NCBI RefSeq assembly: GCF_051201565.1
Contig: NZ_CP179200.1
Coordinates: 870,001 to 902,000, forward strand
Reading direction: 5' to 3'
Source of the DNA: Pseudothioglobus sp. nBUS_23
GTDB taxonomy: Bacteria; Pseudomonadota; Gammaproteobacteria; PS1; Pseudothioglobaceae
DNA length: 32,000 bases
In this document: positions 1 to 7,800 of the stretch, in pieces
Layout of the letters: every line of letters begins with the position of its first letter
Numbering within the stretch: position 1 is the first letter of the stretch
Position numbers and translations under genes: made by a program
The notes under the pieces: generated by a model
What the model was told of the DNA's origin: nothing
Databases searched by the model: none
What the model saw: only the letters and a program-made list of their open reading frames with translations

Positions 1-1
1 G

Positions 2-154
2 GACAATTTCTCTATTGGTAATTCGGAAAGAATTATTGATGTTAACTGTATAAACCTTGAAGAAACTTATAGACTTAAGAATAATTTTTTAGAAGGCCTT
101 TCATTTGTTATTCGTAACAAAGAGTTTAGTAATTGGGCACTTGATTTCAAGTGA
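2..154 (+). CDS. 3' end of an ORF entering from the left window edge (50 codons, stop TGA 152-154); function unknown
   Basis: Frame 2 is open from the window edge to 154 (...NFLEGLSFVIRNKEFSNWALDFK*). No start is visible and I recognise no motif. Confidence 0.3.
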   Translation, partial: DNFSIGNSERIIDVNCINLEETYRLKNNFLEGLSFVIRNKEFSNWALDFK

Positions 155-167
155 AATGTTTTAGCTA

Positions 168-572
168 CTAAATGTTTTTAATAATCTTGGCTTCTTTAAG
201 CTGTTTTTTCTTATCTCTTAACTTATTATCCCGGATAGTGTCTTTATAGTGCCAAATGTAGTATCTTTTCAGAGAATGAATTAACTTTGACATGTCAAAG
301 AAATATGGCTCGGCTTCACCCTTGTTAAACTCGAGCTCATTATCTCTTTGACTCTTTCTCAAATATGATATTGTTTGAAGATAGTAGACTGGAAAGAAAA
401 ATACAACAAGGTTTACAATAAGAAGAGACAGAAAAAACCAGATATGACTGAACCAACTTTCATGATGGTCACCAATACCTCCTATTCCTAGGACATAGCC
501 AATAACAAGTAATACAGAAGGGATAAATACCGATAGAAAGAGTATAAATGAGAATATTGCTAGTTTATTCAT
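168..572 (-). CDS. hypothetical membrane protein (about 3 TM segments, Lys/Arg-rich C-terminal tail)
   Basis: ORF track. Hydrophobic segments are followed by a basic tail (KLRDKKKQLKEAK). It is the last gene of a co-oriented string. No SD; TATAAT at 580-585 lies 7 nt before the ATG. Confidence 0.55.
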   Translation of the reverse strand: MNKLAIFSFILFLSVFIPSVLLVIGYVLGIGGIGDHHESWFSHIWFFLSLLIVNLVVFFFPVYYLQTISYLRKSQRDNELEFNKGEAEPYFFDMSKLIHSLKRYYIWHYKDTIRDNKLRDKKKQLKEAKIIKNI

Positions 573-580
573 AAAAAGGA

Positions 581-964
581 TTATAACTCAGCCTGACAAG
601 CTAGGGTTAGGCTATAGTCGCCAACTGAACCCTTTACAGGTTCTATCCAGCCTTCATTCAGTATTGTAAGGTCCATCGTTTCTGGTTCTCCTTGAGCCAT
701 CTCTTGGGTGTACCCATTAAACGTTATATTTTTATAACGATATAAGTCACAGTCTGCCTTGTGATACGTTGCGATGCTTAAAAGCCTATCAGTTGGCTTC
801 GCATAGTTAACCATTTCCCAGTAGTAAACATACCCATCGGTTTTTTCCATTTCATCAAAGTCAACATAATGGACGTTCTCGTTGGCGTCCATAACAAAGC
901 CAACCCAGTCACCAAAGGAGTTTAAGGAGAGCAGTAAAAAGAATATAAGAATAAATTTATTCAT
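581..964 (-). CDS. secreted protein, tentatively surface-adhesin protein E-like (Adhesin_E family)
   Basis: Signal peptide MNKFILIFFLLLSLNSFG. The mature part has the W...YVD...YYW...S...DC...Y...GW..P...C pattern I associate with the protein E / Adhesin_E family. The ATG overlaps the stop of the upstream gene (ATGA at 961-964). Confidence 0.6.
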   Translation of the reverse strand: MNKFILIFFLLLSLNSFGDWVGFVMDANENVHYVDFDEMEKTDGYVYYWEMVNYAKPTDRLLSIATYHKADCDLYRYKNITFNGYTQEMAQGEPETMDLTILNEGWIEPVKGSVGDYSLTLACQAEL

Positions 965-1245
965 TTTGTGCCATCAATACCAAATAGCTTAATCCATTCA
1001 ATCTCGGCTAGTTTGTTTAAATGACTTTGATGTCTGGCTTTGTGAGATTTCCACATTAATTCGATAGGATAAGCAAATAATAGTAAAAAAATGATTACAA
1101 GGATATTCTCATTGAATAATTTTGCAGCAAAGAATGCTTGCTCAGGTGTAACTCTTTTAAAAATGATCCACGCCAGATAATAAAAAGCACAAACTAATAA
1201 TAAGCCTATAAATGCGCCCAGTAAATAAGTTAATTTATCTTTCAT
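961..1245 (-). CDS. small hypothetical membrane protein (94 aa)
   Basis: ORF track with two to three hydrophobic segments. The ATG at 1245 lies 6 nt downstream of a perfect TATAAT with a TTGAAC -35 at 17-nt spacing. Confidence 0.55.
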   Translation of the reverse strand: MKDKLTYLLGAFIGLLLVCAFYYLAWIIFKRVTPEQAFFAAKLFNENILVIIFLLLFAYPIELMWKSHKARHQSHLNKLAEIEWIKLFGIDGTK

Positions 1246-1251
1246 AAGTCG

Positions 1252-1280
1252 ATTATAAGTCGCCTTGAACTAAAGTTCAA
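1252..1280 (-). promoter_or_regulatory. sigma70-type promoter TTGAAC-N17-TATAAT ending 6 nt before ATG 1245 (leaderless-type); overlaps palindrome TTGAAC-TAAA-GTTCAA
   Basis: The minus strand reads TTGAAC TTTAGTTCAAGGCGACT TATAAT CGACTT ATG. The -35 is at 1275-1280 and the -10 at 1252-1257. The same 19-nt element recurs at 5796-5814. Confidence 0.55.
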
Positions 1281-1283
1281 ATC

Positions 1284-1796
1284 TCATATAGAAAAAATTG
1301 TCATGTCAACTATTAACTGAATAAGTCCAATAATTAATACACCTCCAAGGGCATATTTTTTTGTTACCCCTGATGCTATAGCAAGATTAACTATTGCTAA
1401 ATAAAGGGCATAAATTAATGCTGTGAATGGGATTATCAAGAAAGCCCAAGATTGAGAGTTTAAGTTTAATAATAATAATCCCAATAGATTTAGTGGAATA
1501 ACAATGCTGATTGAAAGTATTAAAATAAAGTCTAATACTATTGAAAATGAGTATTTTTTATCTTTGCGACCTAACCAGTAGACTAAAAAATACGCCTCAA
1601 GAATGGTGACTAAAAAAACATTAGCAACATTTGACAGAATGTTAATCGAGCTATTCGTTTTTTCAACCTCATATAAAAAGTTAAATGGAATATAAAGCAC
1701 GAGCATAATGACAAACATCAATGCGGTTGGATATTTACTGTAATGCTCTATATCCTTAGGCTGAAGTTTCAGAAAATCAATTAAATCATTTATCAT
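1284..1796 (-). CDS. polytopic membrane protein, tentatively Yip1-like
   Basis: 170 aa with about 5 hydrophobic segments after a short soluble N-terminus; size and topology resemble the Yip1 domain. ATGA start/stop overlap with the upstream gene at 1793-1796. Confidence 0.5.
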   Translation of the reverse strand: MINDLIDFLKLQPKDIEHYSKYPTALMFVIMLVLYIPFNFLYEVEKTNSSINILSNVANVFLVTILEAYFLVYWLGRKDKKYSFSIVLDFILILSISIVIPLNLLGLLLLNLNSQSWAFLIIPFTALIYALYLAIVNLAIASGVTKKYALGGVLIIGLIQLIVDMTIFSI

Positions 1797-2164
1797 AATT
1801 TTTTATTATATAAGTACCAAGACATAGCAAAAATACCAAGATTCTGAGCAATGTACTTTAATAATTCTATGAGGCTTTCGTCCAAGATAGGAGTAGTTGT
1901 TATTGTCAGAACTATAGCCAATAATGAAACCAAAACTGCAGTAATAACTACTCTTTTTTCATAATTAGGTGCAATATAAAAAGCTAGATAGATTGTTGCT
2001 GCACCTGATGCCCCTGAAGCTGCTAATTCTGAAAAGAAGTATGCAAGCCCCCCATAAGGTTTAATGGAGTATGCCAACATAAAGACAAAGTAAACTGTCC
2101 ACCCTCCTAATAGTGAGGATGGAATTAAAACTATCCATCGAATTATTGGATGAATCTTTTCCAT
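1793..2164 (-). CDS. hypothetical 4-TM membrane protein (123 aa)
   Basis: ORF track. SD-like AGGAAA lies 7 nt upstream of the ATG, and the sequence is hydrophobic throughout. Confidence 0.55.
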   Translation of the reverse strand: MEKIHPIIRWIVLIPSSLLGGWTVYFVFMLAYSIKPYGGLAYFFSELAASGASGAATIYLAFYIAPNYEKRVVITAVLVSLLAIVLTITTTPILDESLIELLKYIAQNLGIFAMSWYLYNKKL

Positions 2165-2192
2165 ATAGATTTCCTATTTTGTTTGAGATAAT

Positions 2193-2873
2193 TTAAGATT
2201 TTAGCTCTCTTTTAAAAGATTTATAAAATTCAACTAAATTATCTATTGATTTTTCATTTGGACTGACAACAATATTTTCAAGGTGTTTACTAAAGTTATG
2301 CAATGTTTCTAAATCAACTTGTATTCCATTTATGTTAGATATAAAAATTACTGGGCTTAGTGTGGAAGATTCATTAATTAAGAAGGCTTCAAAAAAATCA
2401 TAGTCATATTTTTCGATAGTCCGAAATCTTTGGGACAAGTGTTGATGAATGCTAAAGAAAAAATATCCTTTATCAATTAGAGTATCTTTGTCTGTCTTCG
2501 AATCTACTTTGATTGATCGCCTGCTAATTTCATTCATTACAAAATCAGCGATACTTTTCACCCCCTCATCTCTGGTTTTTGGCATTTCAAGTGAGAAGTT
2601 AATGATGATTTGTTTCATTGAGTCAGGTATAGAGTTACCTTTAAGCTCTTCATTAATAGCCTCTTCTTGCAATTTGTTTTTAGCAATATTTATGTTTTTT
2701 TGTTTTCTATCTTCAAGAGACATTCCAGCCCATAAAAAGAAAATTGCAATTGGAACAAGGATAGCAATAACAATCAATGATGTCTGAAGAGGAAGATTGC
2801 CCTTATAAAGAGTTCCACCTGCTGCAAAAACAAGAACTCCTGCTATAAATTGTCCAATTTTTTGATAATTCAT
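2193..2873 (-). CDS. hypothetical protein, two N-terminal TM segments plus soluble C-terminal domain
   Basis: The ORF track starts at TTG 2903. I prefer ATG 2873 (MNYQKIGQ...) because a perfect TATAAT (2880-2885) sits 6 nt upstream and the 10 extra codons are low-complexity. First gene of the string. Confidence 0.55.
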   Translation of the reverse strand: MNYQKIGQFIAGVLVFAAGGTLYKGNLPLQTSLIVIAILVPIAIFFLWAGMSLEDRKQKNINIAKNKLQEEAINEELKGNSIPDSMKQIIINFSLEMPKTRDEGVKSIADFVMNEISRRSIKVDSKTDKDTLIDKGYFFFSIHQHLSQRFRTIEKYDYDFFEAFLINESSTLSPVIFISNINGIQVDLETLHNFSKHLENIVVSPNEKSIDNLVEFYKSFKRELKS

Positions 2874-2879
2874 GTATGA

Positions 2880-2903
2880 ATTATAGTTCAAATAGAAGTT
2901 CAA
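2880..2903 (-). promoter_or_regulatory. -10 hexamer TATAAT 6 nt before ATG 2873, preceded by two direct TTGAAC half-sites
   Basis: The minus strand reads TTGAAC TTCTAT TTGAAC TATAAT TCATAC ATG. The -35 spacing is not canonical, so only the -10 is well supported. Confidence 0.4.
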
Positions 2904-3040
2904 GTTCTCTCTGATCTAAGATGGAGAGTATTTAAATGTATCCTTAATAAATAACAAACTATTTGTGAGTAGAATTATGAGTAGAAATTTATTAGTTATT
3001 GATAAAATACTGTTATATAGAGTGTTTTATAAAGTTTGTT

Positions 3041-3060
3041 GAATCCCATTCCCTCCACCA
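3041..3060 (+). other. tRNA-Ala/tmRNA-like 3'-end fragment (possible att scar), not an intact gene
   Basis: GAAT-CCCAT-TCCCTCC-A-CCA reads as T-loop remainder, T-stem 3' strand, acceptor 3' strand (U at position 70), discriminator A and CCA. No matching 5' acceptor strand or cloverleaf lies upstream. It is a GC-rich patch in an AT-rich spacer. Confidence 0.4.
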
Positions 3061-3168
3061 CACATAGTTCATCAAGATTGGACTTAAATTCAGATTGGAA
3101 TATAATTCGCTTATGAGATTTCTAACATTAGCACTAGCAGGGTTTCTTTTAGCGACACTTTTCCAATT

Positions 3169-3417
3169 ATGGTGGATGGGTGTATGATTAAAAACTTTCT
3201 ATTCTATGGCAGCTTCTTCTTTATCGGCTTGTTCTTTATCGATACTATTCTAGAGTTGGCATCTCATCCTTATGATTTTCTAATTGCAATTGGAATGTTT
3301 CTAGGATTTGTATATCTTTATCGTGACAACAAGGAATCACTTTTTCTCACATTTAAAGACACTCATCAAAGTAATCTTGATGATATTGAACAGCAAGAAA
3401 AAGAAGAGACTAATTGA
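3169..3417 (+). CDS. small hypothetical membrane protein
   Basis: ORF track with two hydrophobic segments and an acidic tail. A more likely start is ATG 3184 (MIKNF...), preceded by GGTGGATGGG. Its stop overlaps the next gene's TTG start (TTGA at 3414-3417). Confidence 0.45.
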   Translation: MVDGCMIKNFLFYGSFFFIGLFFIDTILELASHPYDFLIAIGMFLGFVYLYRDNKESLFLTFKDTHQSNLDDIEQQEKEETN

Positions 3418-4238
3418 AAAAACTACTCTTTCTTCTATTCCTCTTTTTTTCATTAAATGTATTTGCTGAAGATGATTCAGCTGAATATATGGACAATGGC
3501 TTGCCTATTCAGTTCAAATATATGAGTGGTAACACGCCTATATATATTGAGTTTACAGACGTTATTCAGGGCCGCTATTTAGTTGATGTAGAGTGGTTTC
3601 CTGACTGGGGCTTAGCGCCACTATTAACAGGTCCAGCGAATATCAACTTTAGAGTTAAAGACACTAATATCAAATTCACTATCAAATCAGAGTTATTCCA
3701 TATAGCTCAGAGAATCTTTAGCTTGCCGAACTATCGATTAAATGCTGAGAACATAACCAAAAAAGAAGTCTTGAAAATGAAGTACTGGCATTTTGCAAAT
3801 CCACCTTTCGCCTTTGGTGATATGAACTTTGATGGCATCAAAGAATTGGTTATATCTGAAAAGCGAGGAGGGCAGCGATCTTATGACGCTTACAAGGTCT
3901 ATCTGCTTCAAGAAATAGAGGATACAGAGTACTTTAATGTCGTTAACTTAACAAACATTAAGCCCTATAGTGATATAGACCAAACAACCCAGTTTGATTG
4001 GGATAAAAATACAATTAGAGTTATGTCTTTAGGGGGAGATTGTGGCTCTATGGAAGAGCTATATGAGAGAATCTATAGTGACTTCCCTATGCAAGACTAT
4101 AAGTTTAAATTGACTGAAAAGATTCAATACTTATCTTGGGATGAAAACGGTAACGATATACCTTGCACTATGAATGTATATAACGTTGTAGATGGCAGAG
4201 AAATTCTAGATGAGGTTAGGTCAGGACCTGTAAATTAA
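3414..4238 (+). CDS. secreted hypothetical protein (274 aa) with one FG-GAP/VCBS-like Ca-binding motif
   Basis: Signal peptide MKKLLFLLFLFFSLNVFA. Contains FGDMNFDGIKELV, which resembles an FG-GAP-type DxNxDG loop. No other recognisable domain. TTG start. Confidence 0.6.
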   Translation: MKKLLFLLFLFFSLNVFAEDDSAEYMDNGLPIQFKYMSGNTPIYIEFTDVIQGRYLVDVEWFPDWGLAPLLTGPANINFRVKDTNIKFTIKSELFHIAQRIFSLPNYRLNAENITKKEVLKMKYWHFANPPFAFGDMNFDGIKELVISEKRGGQRSYDAYKVYLLQEIEDTEYFNVVNLTNIKPYSDIDQTTQFDWDKNTIRVMSLGGDCGSMEELYERIYSDFPMQDYKFKLTEKIQYLSWDENGNDIPCTMNVYNVVDGREILDEVRSGPVN

Positions 4239-4263
4239 ATAAAACTGTAAGGCCAGATATAGT

Positions 4264-5121
4264 TTAAGTGATGTCAATAGCTGGATATAGTTCTGTTCCT
4301 GGGCGGTCTCCAGGCTTAAGGCCTTGTTTAGTCATAACCTCGCTATGATCTGGATCCATTCCGCACTCTCGAAACTTAATGAAAACATCATCACCAATCC
4401 ACTTAGAGGTAAAAACTCTTAATTCTCTATCTTCGTCCAACTTTCCAGAACCGCCATGCATAATTCTACTGTTAAATGCAATGCAGTCTCCAGGGTTCAT
4501 ATCCCAACTAACTACTCCATACTTTTCTGGATCCGCTGCAATATCTGGGAACTCGACATCAGTAATGCCATCAAAATTTGTTTCATCCACATCTTTTATT
4601 TTGTCTGGGTTTAGACTGCCAAAATTGAACTGGTAGAAGGTTGAGTCAAATCTATGAGAGCCAGGAACAAAAGCTAACGCATTTTCTCGCTTTACTGGTA
4701 CAAGCGGCATCCAAATCGTGCAAGTGTTGTAACCCTCAACGGACCAGTAGGGCTCGTCTTGGTGCCAAGGGGTTGCAAATTGGGAGCCTGGTGAGCGAAC
4801 AAACACGGCATCAAAGTAAAAATTAATTTGGTTAGAATTCATTAGTTTTCCAGCGATAGCTGCTGCTGGAGAATTAAAAATAAAATTTTGGTATTCAGAT
4901 ATGTTTTGCCAGGCTTGCGCGTCATAAAACATGGTTCGACCATTTTCATCTCGATCCCAGATTCTAGAGCGATTGGAAGGCAAATCAATATTCTTATCGA
5001 GCCCCTGACTCAATGTGCTAATCCATTCTGAGTCGAACATTTCTTTTAATAAAATGACGCCGTCATGGTCAAATTGTTCAATTTCATTTTGACTGATCGG
5101 TCTTAACATTTTTTCATTCAT
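4264..5121 (-). CDS. phytanoyl-CoA dioxygenase (PhyH) family Fe(II)/2-oxoglutarate-dependent oxygenase
   Basis: N-terminal Q..F..DG.....F motif, HxD in PWHQDEPYW and a distal His in RIMHGG. SD GGAGAG lies upstream. It is 26 nt downstream of the methyltransferase gene. Paralogue of 27769..28602. Confidence 0.85.
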   Translation of the reverse strand: MNEKMLRPISQNEIEQFDHDGVILLKEMFDSEWISTLSQGLDKNIDLPSNRSRIWDRDENGRTMFYDAQAWQNISEYQNFIFNSPAAAIAGKLMNSNQINFYFDAVFVRSPGSQFATPWHQDEPYWSVEGYNTCTIWMPLVPVKRENALAFVPGSHRFDSTFYQFNFGSLNPDKIKDVDETNFDGITDVEFPDIAADPEKYGVVSWDMNPGDCIAFNSRIMHGGSGKLDEDRELRVFTSKWIGDDVFIKFRECGMDPDHSEVMTKQGLKPGDRPGTELYPAIDIT

Positions 5122-5147
5122 AATTAAAACTCTCCATATTAAATCAG

Positions 5148-5777
5148 TTATCTTTTTCTAAATACTGTGATGATGACTTGATCGCTCCCATGATCTATAT
5201 CTGGATTGTTCCCATAAGCATCTACTTTATGGAAAATTGGCTCAGAAATACTCTTTTTAATCTCTAAAAGTTTCTTATCAAAACCAGCTTTATTAAATAA
5301 CTTAGAGTGAACCGTAAAAACAAACAGACCACCAGGACGGGTTACCCTTATGAGCTCATCTAATACATTAGGCCCAACGTGCCCATATGTAAAAGTTCCT
5401 GCACTAACAATGGCACCGTAGTGGTTGTCATTTATTGATAGCCCTTTGGATAAGTCTGCCTCGATTATCTTTGAATAACAATTTTTTGTAGTAGCAATTT
5501 TGAGCATTTCTGGAGAAATATCAATAGCATCTATTTCTTTTGAATCTAGATTTAAACATTCTCCAATGAGTCCTGTTCCTGCGCCAACATCTAGGATAGG
5601 TGTGTTTTCATCATTAGAATATTTTTCAAAATATTTCGCAATTTCTATTGGAGATCGGTAGTCATTTTGCTGGGCAAAATCATCATCATAGGTTGAAGCC
5701 CAAGTCTTATATAAATTTATAGAATCCTCAGGGGTCTTCAGTGAATACGCGTCTTTTAAACTCTTTTTCTTAGTCAT
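5148..5777 (-). CDS. class I SAM-dependent methyltransferase
   Basis: Motif I ILDVGAGTGLIG with downstream motifs (DAIDISPEML, RPGGLFVF). The N-terminal LY..WA..YD is typical of the COG4976-like group. Confidence 0.85.
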   Translation of the reverse strand: MTKKKSLKDAYSLKTPEDSINLYKTWASTYDDDFAQQNDYRSPIEIAKYFEKYSNDENTPILDVGAGTGLIGECLNLDSKEIDAIDISPEMLKIATTKNCYSKIIEADLSKGLSINDNHYGAIVSAGTFTYGHVGPNVLDELIRVTRPGGLFVFTVHSKLFNKAGFDKKLLEIKKSISEPIFHKVDAYGNNPDIDHGSDQVIITVFRKR

Positions 5778-5783
5778 ACTGAG

Positions 5784-5812
5784 ATTGTATATTAACTTGA
5801 ACTAAAGTCCAA
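5784..5812 (-). promoter_or_regulatory. sigma70-type promoter TTGGAC-N17-TACAAT ending 6 nt before ATG 5777 (leaderless-type)
   Basis: The minus strand reads TTGGAC TTTAGTTCAAGTTAATA TACAAT CTCAGT ATG. It shares 18/19 nt with the element at 1264-1282, at identical distance from the ATG. Confidence 0.5.
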
Positions 5813-5994
5813 ATTAGCTTTATCTTTAAGAGAGGTTCTTGATGAGTGTATGACAAGCAGCAAGAGTCTCCTTTTGGCATCTCAATATCAAACTATAGTA
5901 ATTCAGTATTACAAATATAGTTTCATAAGTTAGTAGGGGTTACTTTATACTTTTCAACTTTCAATAAAGCTTCATTAATCCTCAGTAAAACTTA

Positions 5995-7788
5995 ATGAAA
6001 TCAAAGAGCAATCAAACTATAGCTTACGACTTTAAAACCAGAGACATAAAGGTCTTAAAGAAGCTTTTGCCATACCTTATAAAAATGCGAGCACGCGTTA
6101 TTTGGGCGGTTAGTTTTTTAATGCTAGCAAAATTAGCGAATGTGGCTGTTCCTCTTGCGCTAAAAGAGATTGTGGATAGCCTTGATCAGACCAATTTAGT
6201 CCTGATATTGCCGCTTGGCATGCTGCTTGCTTATGGCCTTTTAAGGCTTGCCAGTTCTCTGTTTAATGAACTCCGTGATGCGATCTTTGCTAAAGTGCGT
6301 TACCACGCCATGAATTTGATTGCTCTGGGCGTCTTTAAGCATTTACATACTTTGGATCTATCCTTTCATTTAGATCGTCGTATCGGGGGTATTACTCGTG
6401 ACATTGACAGGGGGACACAGAGCGTATCAACCTTGCTGTCTATTTTTGTTTTTAATATTCTGCCTTCATTGTTTGAGATTTGTCTCGTTATTGGCATTTT
6501 ATGGCTGAACTATAATCTTCTTTTTGCAGGCGTCTCTCTGTTGACTGTGCTCTTTTATGTTGCACTCACATTTGCCATTACTACTTGGCGTATGAAGTAT
6601 CGCTACCAGATGAATGATATGCAGTCTGAGGCCAATACCAATGCAGTGGACAGCCTGATAAATTACGAGACGGTCAAATACTTTAATCAAGAAAAATTTG
6701 AAGTCGATCGTTATGGCGAAACGATGCAGCGCTGGGAGAACCTTGCCACTAAAAGCTTTACTTCAATGACGGCTCTTAATTTTGTTCAAGGCGCGGTCAT
6801 TGCTATTGGAGTAACTATTATCTTAATTATGGCGGCGCAAGGTGTCGTAAATAAGGTTCTAAGCCTGGGTGATCTCATCATGATTCAGGCGCTCCTCCTT
6901 CAGCTCTTTATTCCGCTGGGCGGTTTAGGCATTATTTATCGCCAGATCAAACATAACTTCATCGATATGAACAACATGTTTGACCTGCTAGAGCGATCTT
7001 CTAAGGTCACGGATATTGAGAATGCCAAAGATCTTATTGTTACTCAAGGTGAGGTTAAATTTAATAACGTCACTTTCGCCTACCCTGGAAAGAATGAGGT
7101 TTTAAAAAACATCAGCTTTGATCTTAAGCCTGGACAAAAAATAGCGATTGTTGGCGCCTCAGGTGCTGGCAAATCAACTCTCGCTAAACTATTATTTCGG
7201 TTTTATGATCTTTCAAGTGGTGAAATAAGCATTGACCAGCAAGACATCAAGTTATTTACACAAGACTCAGTTAGAGGCGCTATGGGTGTGGTTCCTCAGG
7301 ACCCAGTTATGTTTAATGAAACCATATACTACAACATAGCTTATGGACGCGCTGGCGCTACTGAAGCAGAAGTGAAGAGGGCAGCCAAGCTTAGTTTTAT
7401 AGACAGTTTTATAGACTCTTTACCTCAAGGTTACGAAACGCTAGTCGGTGAGAGAGGATTAAAGCTCTCAGGCGGAGAAAAACAGCGACTAGCGATTGCG
7501 AGAGTTCTATTAAAAAACCCGCAGATTCTGATTTTTGATGAGGCCACATCAGCACTTGATTCTTATTCTGAGAAAATGGTTCAAAAGGCACTAATGAGTT
7601 TGGCTCATAAGCACTCAACTCTAGTGATTGCTCATCGCCTTTCCACCATTGTTGATGCTGATCAAATTATTGTGCTTGATAATGGAGTCATTGCAGAGCA
7701 AGGTAAACACCAGGAGCTACTTAAACTCAACGGTCAATATGCAAGACTTTGGGAAATACAGGCTAACAAGAAGACGCCTGAAAAGTAA
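5995..7788 (+). CDS. ABC exporter, fused permease/ATPase, Atm1/HMT1-like
   Basis: Six-TM N-terminal domain, Walker A GASGAGKST, signature LSGGEKQR (the Atm1/HMT1-type variant), Walker B ILIFDEATSALD and H-loop AHRL. Confidence 0.9.
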   Translation: MKSKSNQTIAYDFKTRDIKVLKKLLPYLIKMRARVIWAVSFLMLAKLANVAVPLALKEIVDSLDQTNLVLILPLGMLLAYGLLRLASSLFNELRDAIFAKVRYHAMNLIALGVFKHLHTLDLSFHLDRRIGGITRDIDRGTQSVSTLLSIFVFNILPSLFEICLVIGILWLNYNLLFAGVSLLTVLFYVALTFAITTWRMKYRYQMNDMQSEANTNAVDSLINYETVKYFNQEKFEVDRYGETMQRWENLATKSFTSMTALNFVQGAVIAIGVTIILIMAAQGVVNKVLSLGDLIMIQALLLQLFIPLGGLGIIYRQIKHNFIDMNNMFDLLERSSKVTDIENAKDLIVTQGEVKFNNVTFAYPGKNEVLKNISFDLKPGQKIAIVGASGAGKSTLAKLLFRFYDLSSGEISIDQQDIKLFTQDSVRGAMGVVPQDPVMFNETIYYNIAYGRAGATEAEVKRAAKLSFIDSFIDSLPQGYETLVGERGLKLSGGEKQRLAIARVLLKNPQILIFDEATSALDSYSEKMVQKALMSLAHKHSTLVIAHRLSTIVDADQIIVLDNGVIAEQGKHQELLKLNGQYARLWEIQANKKTPEK

Positions 7789-7800
7789 TTATGATTAAAA

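Noticed and set aside
2449-2787. 112-aa plus-strand ORF
   Set aside because: It is antisense to, and fully inside, the minus-strand gene 2193..2873, which belongs to a coherent operon. Its translation is low-complexity Ser/Leu/Ile-rich, as expected for an antisense frame in AT-rich DNA.
2975-3060. Possibility that the CTCCACCA-ending segment is a complete tRNA gene
   Set aside because: The upstream 70-90 nt are AT-rich. They lack the complementary 5' acceptor strand, a D-arm and an anticodon stem. Only the last ~20 nt look tRNA-like.
3113-3187. 24-codon hydrophobic mini-ORF (MRFLTLALAGFLLATLFQLWWMGV) upstream of 3169..3417
   Set aside because: It has no RBS, is very short, and overlaps the likely start region of the next gene. 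I cannot distinguish it from chance.
4379-4826. Plus-strand ORFs 4379..4636 and 4641..4826. Similar embedded ORFs occur at 6499..6690, 7409..7618, 8426..8773, 10180..10407, 12346..12549, 13519..13826, 14430..14618 and 15618..15815, and at 22886..23131, 24356..24667, 25239..25841, 29083..29283, 29504..29689 and 30029..30352.
   Set aside because: All lie inside or antisense to genes with clear family motifs, and none has its own RBS or recognisable motif.
5829-5872. Imperfect hairpin followed by TTTT in the methyltransferase/ABC intergenic region, as a possible sRNA terminator
   Set aside because: Only about 5 contiguous base pairs (TCTTG/CAAGA) form, with mismatched flanks. No upstream plus-strand gene or promoter could be assigned.
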